A DNA stretch of 64,000 nucleotides from Eledone cirrhosa (taxonomy: Eukaryota): contig OZ024743.1 of the NCBI GenBank assembly GCA_964016885.1, forward strand, positions 117,304,001 to 117,368,000. The letters run 5' to 3'. Under the pieces are notes generated by a model, which searched no databases, was not told where the DNA came from, and worked only from the letters and a program-made list of their open reading frames with translations. Below are positions 13,815 through 28,203 of the stretch, piece after piece; position 1 is the first letter of the stretch; every line of letters starts with the position of its first letter. Both the position numbers and the translations under genes were made by a program.

Positions 13815-14294
13815 GAGGTGTCAGCAACTTCTTTGCCTCCACGGGTCAGATCGAGTATTAATGACGGATAGCGGGCCGGACGAAAGCCATAAAAGAATAA
13901 TCATGGAAAATTATACAAGCTAAAAATTAATCACGAGTGTTGACTATACTTTAAACTAGCTGAATGTAGTAATGGAAAAACATCATTTATTCAATTTAAG
14001 ACATCGTTGGAATCATTTGTTTAAAAAACCTTTAAAATACATAGCAGAATTTTTAATTGTGTTTTTGCTGTCAAAGCGTTCACATCCGGTTGGCGGTGGA
14101 CATTAGGTAGAGTGAATCAGATTTGTGGAAGAATGTAACAGCAAGCCGTTTATTGTATTCGAATGTCTCGTCTCTCACGTTACAATAAATTTAAATTTTA
14201 AATCAACAACACATTGGGCATCAGTTCTCGCGGGCCGGTCAAAATCCTTTCGCGAGCCGGATCCGGCCGGCGGCCCATAGGTTGCTGTCGCCTG
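13815..14294. mobile_element. hAT (Charlie-like) non-autonomous DNA transposon
   Basis: Imperfect TIRs gaggtgtcagcaactt / aggttgctgtcgcctg, subterminal gcgggccgg motifs, near-8-bp TSD ttttacgt / ctttacgc. Confidence 0.7.
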
Positions 14295-14926
14295 CTTTAC
14301 GCGATCGATCATTACACACATTTGATACAATTTAACGCACTCGCGTCCATATGATTCATCCCCAAAACGCACACAAGTTCCAATATACACGACAGCAGAA
14401 GGTATATCAAACACACAACTATCTCTTCTAATGACAGTCAATGTATCGGGCATTAGACTTTCACCAGGAGAAATACAAAACGAAAGACGCAACGAATGAG
14501 AACATAATGAAACTAGAAAGAAAATAAAAAGGAGAGGGGGAAGAGGGGGAGTAGGGATGGATAGGGGGAATGGTCTGGCGTGCGAATGTGTGGGTCGAGG
14601 TGGGGTGCAGATGTATTGGTGGCGGTTGTGTGAAGGGGTGTGTATATCCTGATGCGTGTGTGTGTGTGTGTGGGTGTTTAGTGTGTATGGTGTGGGGGTG
14701 TACATGTGGGAGATGGTGGAGGCAGAGTTCTCAGGGAGGTCTGAGGGTTATAGTTATTGGTCATATATATATATTATACATTGTTCTTACGCAAAAGGGT
14801 ACACCTCACTAATAAAGTAATATTGACATCTCTATTATTTAATAAATTATTAATAACAAATAAACAATAAGCATTGGTTGTGTGCTTTTTTCGAAAGTCG
14901 GTCTCTTCAAGAACCCACACACACAC

Positions 14927-14962
<36 letters not shown>

Positions 14963-14993
14963 AATGTAATCTGAGTTTTTCGAATATTAATAA

Positions 14994-15555
14994 ATAGCAG
15001 TGGTACTCGGCGTTGCACGGGATAAGGTATTTTGGAACGCGGGCCGCCAACAGACCTAATCGTGGAAAAACTGCATGCCTGGGCAATATGTAAACAAAAT
15101 AAATTGAATACTCTGATGGCTGGATAATCTTTAAGATGTTCCTCGATGAAGCAGGAAAAATGCAAGTTTTCACCTAATGCGGGCCCTAGGGGATCAAGAA
15201 AATGAATTTTTCTTATGTGCATAATATGCCTTGAAATTTCGGGAAGATCGGCTAGACGTAACGCCACAAAAGCCCCTAAAAAGCTGAAATTATGAAGCTT
15301 TTCACCTAATGCGGGCCCTAGGCCATAAAAAAGTTGGATTTTCTTTGCTCAGGGTATGAAGAAAAGACTGACTAATACATAGTTACAATTTCAAGGAAAT
15401 CGGTCTCAGGTAACACCTTAAAAAAAAACCTAAAAAGCTGAAAAAACGCAGTTTTTAACTTAATGCGAGCCCTAGGGGATCAAAAAGTAGTACGCATGTA
15501 AAGTTTGAAAAAAAATCGGTTGGGTACTTCTGGAGTTTTAGGGATTCAAACTGAC

Positions 15556-15595
<40 letters not shown>

Positions 15596-15616
15596 CCTCA
15601 GTTTTATATATATAGA
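14994..15616 (-). mobile_element. Non-autonomous Helitron containing (GT)n
   Basis: Minus strand begins A|TCTATATATATAAAACTGAGG and ends cccgtgcaacgccgag...CTAT|T; internal gggccctagg repeats. Confidence 0.75.
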
Positions 15617-15733
15617 TAACATCCGATTCGTTTGCAATTATGCAAACAAGCCTCAATTTTATAGCCATGTCAGTAGAATGAACACTATATTCTTGCTCTT
15701 GTTTTGGCATGCGAACAGAACTGCATTATCTTT

Positions 15734-15788
<55 letters not shown>

Positions 15789-18140
15789 CAATTATCCTCT
15801 TTAACAGCACGAGTGAGACAGCCCTCAATTCACTGGTGAGTATCAAAGGCAAGATCATGCAAATGAAATGAGTACAACTTTGATAGATTAAGCTTGTGCT
15901 ATGAACAATTCCGATAAGTGACCATTTATCACCGCCACAACCACCCCCGACTACAACGTGAAAAAGGTGTTTCACTATAAAGCAGCGATCTTACTCCCAG
16001 TCAACGGTTTTAAATCAATCTGCAAGTAGCACTTTCACCGTGTATGGTGGTTCGTCATATAATAAGCTTTGGATTTGATCAACGCCTCATCTAAAGCTCA
16101 TCTAGACCGACCCCCAGGTTTTGCATGATCTATTTCATGAGGTGAAGGTTTCCTGAACCAATCTGCCGGAAAATCACATACGTTTGAGCGTGTCCGGCAA
16201 CGGTATCCTCGACATCTGCGAGAATGTTCGTTAAAATCCTTCCTCTGCTATGTTCACGACAGTGCTATGAGCCTGAAAACACTTATCAAATTGCTCTTGC
16301 GCATGTTCTTTCCAGGCAGCACCACAATCACCCAGCTCACCCAGATTGAAATTCTCCTGTTATACTGACATTCGAGATGAATGGTTGCAAACACAGGGCG
16401 AATAAGTTTAGCATGCTACCAAAAATATTCTAAACACGACACACCTCTGTGACTCGGGGGACTTGAATGATTTTAGTACACTGATGTTTTCTTCAGCTTA
16501 AACAGTCTTTGTATTTAATTTAGCACCAAAAACATTAGTTTACCATTCTCGCCGCTACTACTGCAAAGTCAATTTTTAACAGCGTCTAAGCTAACTGCAA
16601 ACTTTCCTGTATTATAATATTTTCTAGCGCTATTTATTTACAACCATTTACTCAATGGATTCCTTTCAATTTCTACTTGAATAACTCGCTATTATAGTTA
16701 CTGTAGGCTTTGTGCGTCGTAAATTACCTGTTCAGCTTCTGCAATCGCATCCCTAGCTCTATGTTCTATCTTTGTCCACCGTACTTTTCGGGAATTGTTG
16801 GTCTGTGAAATCAAAGTGCCGAAAATACGAGAAACTTACTGTATCTATATTCACTGTCCTTAAAAATGAACATATATATGTTTAATCTAGACGACCCAAA
16901 TTCACGTACTTGATATCTAGATGTACTCTAGTTATATCTGTGAAATAGCTGGAAATGTTTGATAGGATTTAAACATTTCATAAAATTTCCATTATAAGCT
17001 CTAGTCTGATATGATTCCAGCGTGCGTTTTATATGCCATTCAAACCACTCACTAGCATTAAAGAGACTAGCCTACCCAGAAATTACCCAGGCGCACGATT
17101 ATCTGATTTAAATACCATTCGTTTCAAGCCATCAACACATCTACCATTTGCTTTTAGATCCCGATCCTACAAATATTTGATATATCAATTGTTCCATAAT
17201 TGTAGCAAATGAAGAGATAAAATTAGAATGTACTTACCTGAAGATTCATTCTTCTTTTTCCCTTTCTTTGAATCTTCCGAAGATAAGCATAAACAATTAC
17301 GGCCTTTACTCACGTACAACATATTTACTATACCCTAGGTTGGTTCTTCTTAGCAATTGGTAAAGAGTTGGTGTCGTTTTCACTGACAGGGTACCTGTTT
17401 GGGTTACCAGAGTACGCCTTTACTGCTTCTCTGTACAGCACAATATAATTTTGCTTTTTTTAGATTCTTTAGCAGCTGCAAAATCCTGTTAGCTGGCCGT
17501 AAACTTTAGGGAATGAAGGGGAACAACTGACCTTCTTTGTCCTCGTGGAGGTGGTGAGCCCCTGTGAGAGCAATAACAATGTTAATAACGTAGATATAAC
17601 TGGTACCGGGAATATAGATGAAATGCATTACATTTCATCGGTGTCATTTGACATACAATACAGCCAAATAATATCAACTTTCAATAGCCTCACAGAAAAG
17701 AAAAATGGTCCACAAATAAAAGAGCAATGAAATATTCTACCTAATGCTATCTCATCACTTATCTGCGGATAATTTATGAATTACTCACTAACATATTATC
17801 CAACAGAATTATTGGACATTTACAAAAGTAGAAAGGAAAAACCAGTGATTATCGACTGATATAAGGATTGGCAGTATCTGTAGAGTGTCGGGCATGTTTT
17901 GCCGCATAGAGTTCCGGAACTTTACGTTCTGCATTCAAATCCAGCCAAGGTTACCTTTGCTTGTCATCATTACAGGGTGGATAAGGCGTCTGGCCTTGTG
18001 CCTAAATCAGAAACCATTATATTTTACTCGGCAGATTACGGGAGTCAACTCAAAAAAATGTGGGCATCAATGGCTATGTTCAGTCTTTTTATAACCTCGT
18101 CCATGCAACATAGTCTTCACTATACTTATTGTAATAATAA

Positions 18141-18325
18141 TTGTTTCTATTTTAGGCACAAGGCCAGCAATTACCCAGTACATTACTGGTACTTTATTTT
18201 ATCGACCCCGTAAGGATGAAAGGCAAAGTTAACCTCGGCGGGATTTGAACTCAGATCATAAAGGGACGTAACTCTATGCTTCAAAGCATGGTGTCCGACT
18301 CTCTACCGATACTGCCAATCCACCG
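18141..18325 (-). mobile_element. tRNA-derived SINE
   Basis: Same family as 12141-12324; a diverged plus-strand copy lies at 17866-18005. Confidence 0.9.
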
Positions 18326-18334
18326 CGGTTTCTT

Positions 18335-18545
18335 ATATAGGCACAAAGCCAGCAATTTCGGAGGAGGGGAAAATCTATTAAATCGACCCCAGTGCGTGAC
18401 TGGTACTTTATTTTATCGAACCTGTAAGGATGAAAGGCAAAGTTAACCTCGTTACGGGGTCGATAAAATAAAGTACCAGTCACGCACTAGGGTCGATTTA
18501 ATCGACTTTCCCCTCCCCCAAAATTGCTGGCTTTGTGCCTATATA
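18335..18545. mobile_element. Palindromic pair of SINE 3' halves
   Basis: atataggcacaaagccagcaattt...ttatcga... mirrored by ...gtcgataaaataaagtacc...aattgctggctttgtgcctatat. Confidence 0.85.
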
Positions 18546-18959
18546 TTGAAATGATAATAAAAGTATCATTAATTATATTTGAAAGATTGTACATTTGTTC
18601 ATATAGGCAAATAGAACCGTTTAGAGAATAGATACATAAGAAACGTTATTCGCATGAAACAATTTTTAATTCTATAATTTCAATTCATATTTGTCCGAAA
18701 ATGAAAAGCATTTAACCAATTATCTCCAAGATATTTCACTCTCAATGTCATTTTTCCTTGCTTCGCATCCTTCATACAATCTCCTCTTTTATGTATATAT
18801 CAGTTTCATCTGTATACCTAACTTATCATATCTGTTTCTCCAAAGAGCTTTCTCAGAACATTCGCCTGTTTCACTTTTCCTTCCTGTCAAATTTCACATT
18901 CAACAAATATTTTCTAATACTCTTTCACATTCTCACTCGATCACTGACTTAGTTGTTTA

Positions 18960-19228
<269 letters not shown>

Positions 19229-19706
19229 TCTTACTTTCTCCTTCATCTTCCAAACACATTCTTCCTCTCGTTTTTCTTTCTGCTTCTCTCCCTATCTTAC
19301 CATATATGTCTCTCACACAGTCTGTTTTTTCCCTCTATTACACCAACTCACTTTATGCGCCTTACCCCCCCCCCCTTATCTCTCTCTCACTCCGCCTCTT
19401 TCCCCCTCACATGTTCTCTCTGTAAAACAACAGTTCTAAAATATTTTCCATATACATAAATATGTATTGCATGGATCAGTGGTTACTTTCTGAGAATTGA
19501 ACTATTTAATTCTTGGGTTTGGTTGGGTGAAATCACCCGTTTCAATTAATAACATAACTTAATTCACTCTATGCCATACATAAATGTTACGGAAATCAAA
19601 CATATATCTATGTATGCATACACACGCATTCACACACACGCGCCCACGCATGCACACACGCACGCACACACGCACGCACACACGCACGCACACACGCACG
19701 CACAGG

Positions 19707-19750
<44 letters not shown>

Positions 19751-19815
19751 AATATACATACATACTCATATTTATGTAAATAAAGATATGTATTTATACA
19801 TATATGGGCATGTGT

Positions 19816-19846
<31 letters not shown>

Positions 19847-19860
19847 GGGCGAGAGAGATT

Positions 19861-19898
<38 letters not shown>

Positions 19899-19928
19899 TA
19901 GAGAGAGTGAGTGAGTGAGTGAGTGAGT

Positions 19929-19990
<62 letters not shown>

Positions 19991-19991
19991 G

Positions 19992-20057
<66 letters not shown>

Positions 20058-20732
20058 AAGTAGTTCATACATATATTTACCGACTGGGCAAAGAGGCTGA
20101 TATACACTGATATAAATAAACGCGTTGTGCAACTATGAAACCTGAATAAATTGCTTTAAAATTTGTAGTGACTCTTCTACTAAATTATTTGAATATATTT
20201 GTTCATGTACGTACAGACAAATCCACTCGTGTGCACACAATTCATATTGATATATGTATTCATACATATACATATATATACATATACATGCGAGTAACAG
20301 TCCAAGGATTGAACAGGACAGTTCCTTATATCTGTGCATTCTGTGTTCATATCCCGCCTTTCTTTGACTAAGCTTGTACCAGGTGATAGTATCAACAATG
20401 GAAATGACAATGGAAACATCGAATCTTTGTCTGATCTGACGATCGGCTCATATCAGTACCATTTATAGAATTCTTCCACATACTGGAGTCCTTTAAATTC
20501 ATATTTGGCCAAGTATTCGGGTTACGTAGGGTCACACATTAGTTATATGAATTGGTCCTGGGTTCTCTGCACATATGAAAAAGTAGGCTTGGACACTTGA
20601 ACAAGGATGGTATCTCTTTGAATATAAATTTCTCAATAAGGCTGATGTGCAGTTAAACACTCCCACTGACCACACGAATCATTACAATCCTCTCTTTTTA
20701 TGGATGTGTGGAACTTCATTATTTAATCTATG

Positions 20733-20910
20733 ATTGGCAGTATCGGTAGAGGGTCGGACGCCATGCTTTCCAGCATAGTTACGTCCCTTTATGATCTGAG
20801 TTCAAATCCCGCCGAGGTTGACTTTGCCTTTCATCCTTATGGGGTCGATAAAATAAAGTACCAGTAATGCACTGGGTAATTGCTGGCCTTGTGCCTAAAG
20901 TAGAAACAAT
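20733..20910 (+). mobile_element. tRNA-derived SINE with TSD
   Basis: Same family as 12141; flanked on both sides by ttatttaatctatgatt. Confidence 0.9.
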
Positions 20911-22086
20911 TATTTAATCTATGATTATTTTTTGCTTAAGATTACTTATGCGAGAGATTTGACTATTTCTAGCGACGATTTAAAAACTCATTAAGAGTCG
21001 TTTCATCATGTATTTCTCCTAATTAGTTAGCATGGATTGACGTAAATCAAATGCTTCGGGTAGGGTAATGAGAGTAAAATATGATGTAGTGATGAACCCA
21101 TTTTTTCTTCCTAATTTATCCGTCCGACCATTTGTCTCTAAGAGAACATTGGATTAATAATTATAAACCAACTGAAAAGACTTTGTGTTCATGTTCAAGA
21201 TGTACATCAGCTGCAAAAACTGGAGATTCAATTCAATTGCGAGAGTAATATTTCTTTTTTTATTTAACCTAATTATTCACTGTCAACGTTTAAATTCAAT
21301 AAACATAGTCAATACGTTTGTCGTTATGTGGTAACTGGATCTGCTTCCAATGTTAAGTACATACCTTTTATTCATATCGCACTTTGTTATTTTTTTTAAA
21401 AGAGAGAGAGACACATTAAGTAATATAGTCTTAGTCACTCATAAAAGACAATAGTGTTACACATGGAATGCTTTTTACCATAGGTTTGCCAGATTAGTAC
21501 AAACCTTAGGTTATACTCTAACTCCAGCAATGACAATATATATAGAAATGTAGTGAAATCAATTTAGTGGAGATTATATAAATGTATTGTTTAGAAGGTA
21601 CAAGCTATTCAAAGGTTATCAAATTTTAACTATTGAAGACAGGAAGAACTAAAAGAAACCAAAAAGGAAAAAAAAAACACTATCACCATCTGGTGCAAAA
21701 ATGTAACAGCCCACATCTCTATAAATAATTGTAGTTTATTAAAACATGACAAGTGTTTATATAAGATATGGAAGAAGTCATGAGATCAGTTGTTGCAAAA
21801 ACGTCTGTGATGGTGGGTAGATATCCCAACTGTTAAATCACACAGTCTTTTATGGCTACAAGATCTGCTAGGTCTGCTGGTGGTCGAAACAGGTGCATCA
21901 AAGTGCATAATGAGCCTCAAATGACCAATACTGTTATATCGAGAGCGTTGCACCGCTACCAAATCTGTGCGAAACACTAAGTCATTTGCATGCCTAAAAA
22001 GTTATATCGTTTCGCAGTACAATCAGGACTGAAGCTGATGTCATTTGAAAGCCATACCCGATCAAGTGTGTGTGTGTGTGTGTATG

Positions 22087-22355
22087 TGGAGGCCCGTGGC
22101 CTAGTGGTAAGGGTGTTGCACTTATGATCATAATGTCGTGGATCGATTCCTTGATTGCGTGTTGTGTTATTGATAAAACACTTCATTTCACGTTGCTCCA
22201 GTATACTCAGATGAAAATTAGTACCATCAATAGCTGGCTGTTTAACTCTGCGATGGACTGGCGTCCTGTCCAGGGAGGACTGTTTTACTCTCTGTCGCTT
22301 CACGTCATGAAACCGGGATAAGCACCGGCCAAATGACCCTTCCGGCTTAAAACAG
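22087..22355 (+). mobile_element. tRNA-derived SINE (second family)
   Basis: tggcctagtggtaagg A box, ggatcgattcc B box, gcgatggactggcgtcctgtccaggg body. Confidence 0.7.
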
Positions 22356-22365
22356 ACTTTAGACT

Positions 22366-22399
<34 letters not shown>

Positions 22400-22431
22400 T
22401 ATACATACATATATATATATATATATTTTCC

Positions 22432-22480
<49 letters not shown>

Positions 22481-22607
22481 AATGGAACAAAATGAAATTT
22501 CATTTCTCACTCTTAGTACGGCTGTTACTTAAATATAAGTATGTATACGTACATACATATATGTATACAGACGTACAGTAGTATGTATATACATATATAC
22601 ATACATG

Positions 22608-22674
<67 letters not shown>

Positions 22675-22794
22675 GTATGGGTTTACCGAACATTTATTAT
22701 AATGCTCGGTTTGTTTGTAAACAAACAGCCCGAATTATTAGCCGTACAGTGTTCGGCAACCATTGTTGCCATTTTGTTCAACACTGACAAAGGA

Positions 22795-22837
22795 ACGATG
22801 AACTAGTTTCTAGCTTATTAGCTGTCATTAGCACCGT
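22795..22837 (-). ncRNA. Minimal type-I hammerhead ribozyme (family B)
   Basis: acggtg-CTAATGA-cagct aata agcta-GAAA-ctag-TT-catcgt; stem I pairs; the inverted copy at 23035-23070 keeps TGATGA. Confidence 0.65.
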
Positions 22838-23231
22838 ATACCTTCCTGTCAGTCAATTGAACGTTTGAAATTATATACTTTCCTTATGCATATTAACGGC
22901 TGAGCAGCATAATTTGCATATCGAGTGAGTTAGTCGGCCGGGCGTAGCGAAAACATGAAATGGAAAAAATGAAATGTCATTTCTCACTCTTAGTACGGCT
23001 GATACTTAAATATAAGTATGTATACGTACATACATGATGACAGCTAATAAGCTAGAAACTAGTTCATCGTTCCTTTGTGAGTGTTGAACAAAATAGCAAT
23101 GATGGTTGCCGAACAGTGTACGGTTAATAATTCGGACTATTTGTTTACAAACAAACCGTTCGGTAAAACCATACGTACATATATATATATGTGTGTGCAT
23201 GTATGTATATACATGTATGTACGTATACATA

Positions 23232-23306
<75 letters not shown>

Positions 23307-23751
23307 TTAGGTTTGTTAGTTCACCACTGGATAGAACTGGTCATTCCGTATGGTCAACCACGATGTAATATTATGGAGAGCACTCAACGTAATACAACTC
23401 ACCCGTCTTCATTTGTGTAGCTGGTGGGGCGAGTACGGAGTTAATTATTATAAAATAACAGGAGGCCGGACTGGTGTAATTCCTTAAAAGGTTTATTATA
23501 CTATGATCATTTCAATGACCGGGTTCTGTATGAATCCGGTGACATCATATATATATATATAGGTTTGAAGTTCACCACTGGATAGAGCTGATCATTCCGT
23601 ATGGTCAATATTGATGTAATAATATGGAGAGTACTCAACGTAAAGCAGCTCAACCGTCTTTGTTTGTGTAGTTGGTGGTGCTATTACGGAGTTAAATATT
23701 ATAATGAAATAACAGGAGGCTAGACTTGTGTAAATCCTTGAAAGGTTTATT

Positions 23752-23809
23752 ATACTATGATCATTTCAATGACCGGGTTCCGTCTGAATACGGTGATATC
23801 ATCAGGTAT
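23752..23809 (-). ncRNA. Type-I hammerhead ribozyme (family C)
   Basis: atac-CTGATGA-stem II-GAAA-tgatca-TA-gtat. Confidence 0.75.
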
Positions 23810-23890
23810 TCGAAATATAATAAATGAATGTAACACATAAAATCAGTCGTCCTCGGGTCTATGATTTTCAGCCCATTTATTATATTTCGA

Positions 23891-23948
23891 ATACCTGATG
23901 ATATCACCGGATTCATGCGGAACCCGGTTATTGAAATGATCATAGTAT
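23891..23948 (+). ncRNA. Type-I hammerhead ribozyme (family C)
   Basis: atac-CTGATGA-tatcaccggattc atgcg gaacccggttatt-GAAA-tgatca-TA-gtat; palindromic stem/loop III. Confidence 0.8.
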
Positions 23949-24118
23949 AATAAACCTTTCAAGGATTTACACAAGTCCGGCCTCCTGTTATTTTATAATA
24001 ATTAACTCCGTACTCGCACCACCAGCTACACAAATGAAGACGGGTGAGTTGCATTACGTTGAGTGCTCTTCATAATATTACATCGTGGTTGACCACGATG
24101 ACCATATATATATGACCA

Positions 24119-24215
<97 letters not shown>

Positions 24216-24224
24216 CCATATATG

Positions 24225-24262
<38 letters not shown>

Positions 24263-24268
24263 TATATA

Positions 24269-25460
24269 CATGTAATAAAATACGTCCCTCATCAGTGATT
24301 TGCCGAAGATCATAGATATTTCATTGCATTAAAAATCATATATCTCACTTCGGTGCAATAATAACCAAAATAAGTTATTAGGACAATTAAAACGCGTAAA
24401 GCGAGTGAGACAGGAGAACAACAGAAAATGTAGCATACCGTGGGAGAGAAACAAGCTTCAAAAATTATTCTGTTAGCGTAAGCTAGGTGAATATATGAGC
24501 GCTAGGGAAAGAATAGTGCCAGCACGAACGAAGGCCATTGAGCAGAGAGAGAAAAAATAGCGTCCGTGAGTGCAGGATGAAATGAAGAGAAGAGGGAGAA
24601 AAACAGTGAGTGAGTGAAAGTGTGAGGAAGAGTTAACGGACAAGACAGAGGGGGAGAAACAGAGAGAATGGGGGAACAGTAAGAGAGAGAGAAAAAAACA
24701 CAGAATCGCAGTGGTAAATATATGTATTAAAATATAGAGAAAAATACTGCAGGTAGCACATGGTAACATGTAATAAAATACGTCCCTCATCAGTGATTTG
24801 CCGAAGATCATAGATATTTCATTGCATTAAAAATCATATATCTCACTTCGGTGCAATAATAACCAAAATAAGTTATTAGGACAATTAAAACGCGTAAAGC
24901 GAGTGAGACAGGAAAACAACAGAAAATATAGCATACCGTGGGAGAGAAACAAGCTTCAAAAATTATTCTGTTAGCGTAAGCTAGGTGAATATATGAGCGC
25001 TAGGGAAAGAATAGTGCCAGCACGAACGAAGGACATTGAGCAGAGAGAGAAAAAATAGCGTCCGTGAGTGCAGGATGAAATGAAGAGAAGAGGGAGAAAA
25101 ACAGTGAGTGAGTGAAAGTGTGAGGAAGAGTTAACGGACAAGACAGAGGGGGAGAAACAGAGAGAATGGGGGAACAGTAAGAGAGAGAGAGAAAAACACA
25201 GAATCGCAGTGGTAAATATATGTATTAAAATATAGAGAAAAATACTGCAGGTAGCACATGGTAACATGTAATAAAATACGTCCCTCATCAGTGATTTGCC
25301 GAAGATCATAGATATTTCATTGCATTTTGGTTATTATTGCACCGAAGTGAGATATATGATTTTTAATGCAATGAAATATCTATGATCTTCGGCAAATCAC
25401 TGATGAGGGACGTATTTTATTACATGTTACCATGTGCTACCTGCAGTATTTTTCTCTCTA
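24269..25460. repeat. 498-bp tandem duplication (about 2.1 units) followed by an inverted ~135-bp piece
   Basis: catgtaataaaatacgtccctc recurs at 24269, 24767 and 25265; 25326-25460 is the reverse complement of the unit junction. Confidence 0.9.
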
Positions 25461-25498
25461 TATATATATATATGACCATATATATATATATATGACCA

Positions 25499-25643
<145 letters not shown>

Positions 25644-26306
25644 TTCTACATGAGTGAGTGTGAGTATGTATATGTACGTGTGTGTGTGTGTGCATTTGTC
25701 TTATTTTTTGAAATATTTAGGATAAAAAGTAATTTTGGAAAAGCAAGCATAATGTCAAGGTAGGTTTAAATAACAACGATAAAGGAACATGAGAAACAAA
25801 CAAGAAGAAATGTTGTATGTATATTGTTTGAGTGTGTATGGAACCATCTGTGTACAAATATATTTAAACGAAAGGGAGAAGGTGCAACGCAACGAGAGAA
25901 AGGGGGAGAGAATTGTAAAAATATAGAGAGGGCGAAACAGTATAGGAAGAGAATGACAGAAAATAGAGAACCAGAAAATGAAAGATAGAACATAGCAAAG
26001 AAAGTGAAGGAGGGAGAGAGAGAAATGATAAACACAGGAAGACAGGAAGGAGCTGGACGAGATGTTGAGAACATTTAAAGCAAGACTTAACGAGTTAACT
26101 TCAACAGTCATTAATTTTTAAGTCACCTCTTTATTTCTACCCAACTCTGTCTCGTCATCAGAGTAAAAAAAAAACATTATAAAACAAAAGAAAAATACAT
26201 AAAAACAAAACACGTACCAAAATGAAAATAAAGAAACATACACAATGAGAGAGAGAGAGGGAGTAAGAGCGAGAGATAGATAGATAGATAGACAGACATA
26301 GAAAGA

Positions 26307-26393
<87 letters not shown>

Positions 26394-26729
26394 ATACGAA
26401 GAAGCAAGGTAAATGGAATTACTTGTTTTGTTTCGTAGATATACTAAAGAAACTCACAAATAAACAAACAAACAGATAAATATATAGTTAAATAAATGAA
26501 ATACAGTAGTGTCTACGTCGATTTTTCTCTATTTTTTATTCCCCGGAACATAACAATCGCAGTTTACCTCGGTCATGCATTATTGACTTTCACACCAATC
26601 CAAACAAACAACCTTTGCACTTTTAGGTACAATTTTATCTTCTTACATTTCTTTTAACTTTTTCTTTCTTCTTCTCTATAAATATTGCTAAGTGAGAAAA
26701 CAACTAAAGAAGGATTTGAAACTGAAAGA

Positions 26730-26803
<74 letters not shown>

Positions 26804-26804
26804 T

Positions 26805-26842
<38 letters not shown>

Positions 26843-27160
26843 GAAAAGGTCAGGACCCCGACGGCTGAGCTCCGGCCGTTTCGACAGCTAGATCTGAACT
26901 AACCCAGTAGTGTTAGGAAGGTAGTAATCTAGCTGAACTTATCAAGGGGTAGAGTCCATATATGGGCATGTAATGAAAACATAGCAGTAGTATCATATCA
27001 AACAAATCTAAAAATTGTTGTTTTTCTTTACTGTCACTAGGAGTGGTCAAAGTTTTGGGATGTCGTATACATAGTTAAATTCCTTCATAGCGGCGGGTGG
27101 GGGTGGCTGAACTTGCCTGAAGAACAAATATATATATATATACATATACATGTAGAACAA

Positions 27161-27198
<38 letters not shown>

Positions 27199-27235
27199 TG
27201 TATGTGGATATATGTATCTATCTATATATATATTA

Positions 27236-27286
<51 letters not shown>

Positions 27287-28203
27287 TTTATACAAGAACA
27301 CATATATGTATATACATTCAAATATTATACATTAAGGACCTGTATGTGTGCGAGATTGACTATAATGAACATATTGCATTTTAATATTGAAAGCGAATGT
27401 AGAAAAAAACAACGTACAATGTTCAGTTACAGGGACATATATTCAGCTAGATACGGCCTCATTCTTTTTCATCAACAAAGATTGAAAGCGAATGTAGAAA
27501 AGTGAGAGCCTGTCTGTAAATTTGTATGTATATATACGTGTTTGTATTTGTTTTGCAAGATACAATATGTGAAATCGTGTGTTGAAAAAGATAATAAACT
27601 TACTGATGATCATTTTGACAACTTTGCCAATTTTGGCTTTCAGTTCAGCTTTATTATAATTAGTTATTTATTAGTTCATTGAAACCCTTTCGTCACACTT
27701 TCTCTGCCCTCCTCAATGTCTATTTGTTCTAATGTGTATGTCTCCTCTTCTTTCTGGTTTTGTGCAGACGCGGAATCAGACCACAGAAAGACAAGCTGAA
27801 GTAAACGGAATAGTACCAAAATAAAGAAGAGTCACAGTGAAGAAGAACAAATATTAATTGAGGATGTCACGGAATGTGTGGCGAATAAAATTTGACCAAC
27901 TAATAATAATAAAGCTGTTGTGAAAGTCAAATATTGCGCGTATTTTTATTGGTAAGATTGGCAAAATGACCGTTACCATATATAACAATATATACAGATA
28001 GATACATTTATGGGAAAAAAATAGTATCGCTCTCTTATTTCGTGTCTTAAAACAATCAACGTACAATGTACAGTTACAGGGTCATATATTCAGCTAGAAT
28101 ATATGACCCATCAACAACAAATTATATTTAGTCTAATTCCTTTAACTTTTGTATATATACGTACACACATTTCTTACGCGATTCTTTCATTTAAACTCTA
28201 ATA

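Larger units (their letters stand above)
23312..24100. mobile_element. Tandem-plus-inverted short element (family C; Penelope-like pLTR architecture)
   Basis: Two direct copies (23312-23547, 23562-23830) and one inverted copy (about 23875-24100), all next to (TA)n. Confidence 0.75.

Noticed and set aside
17232-17545. Possible minus-strand exon ending at a CAG|GTAAGT donor
   Set aside because: The frames I read contain stop codons and no recognisable protein
25395-25445. CTGATGAGGGACG as a hammerhead core
   Set aside because: No stem II closure or GAAA downstream
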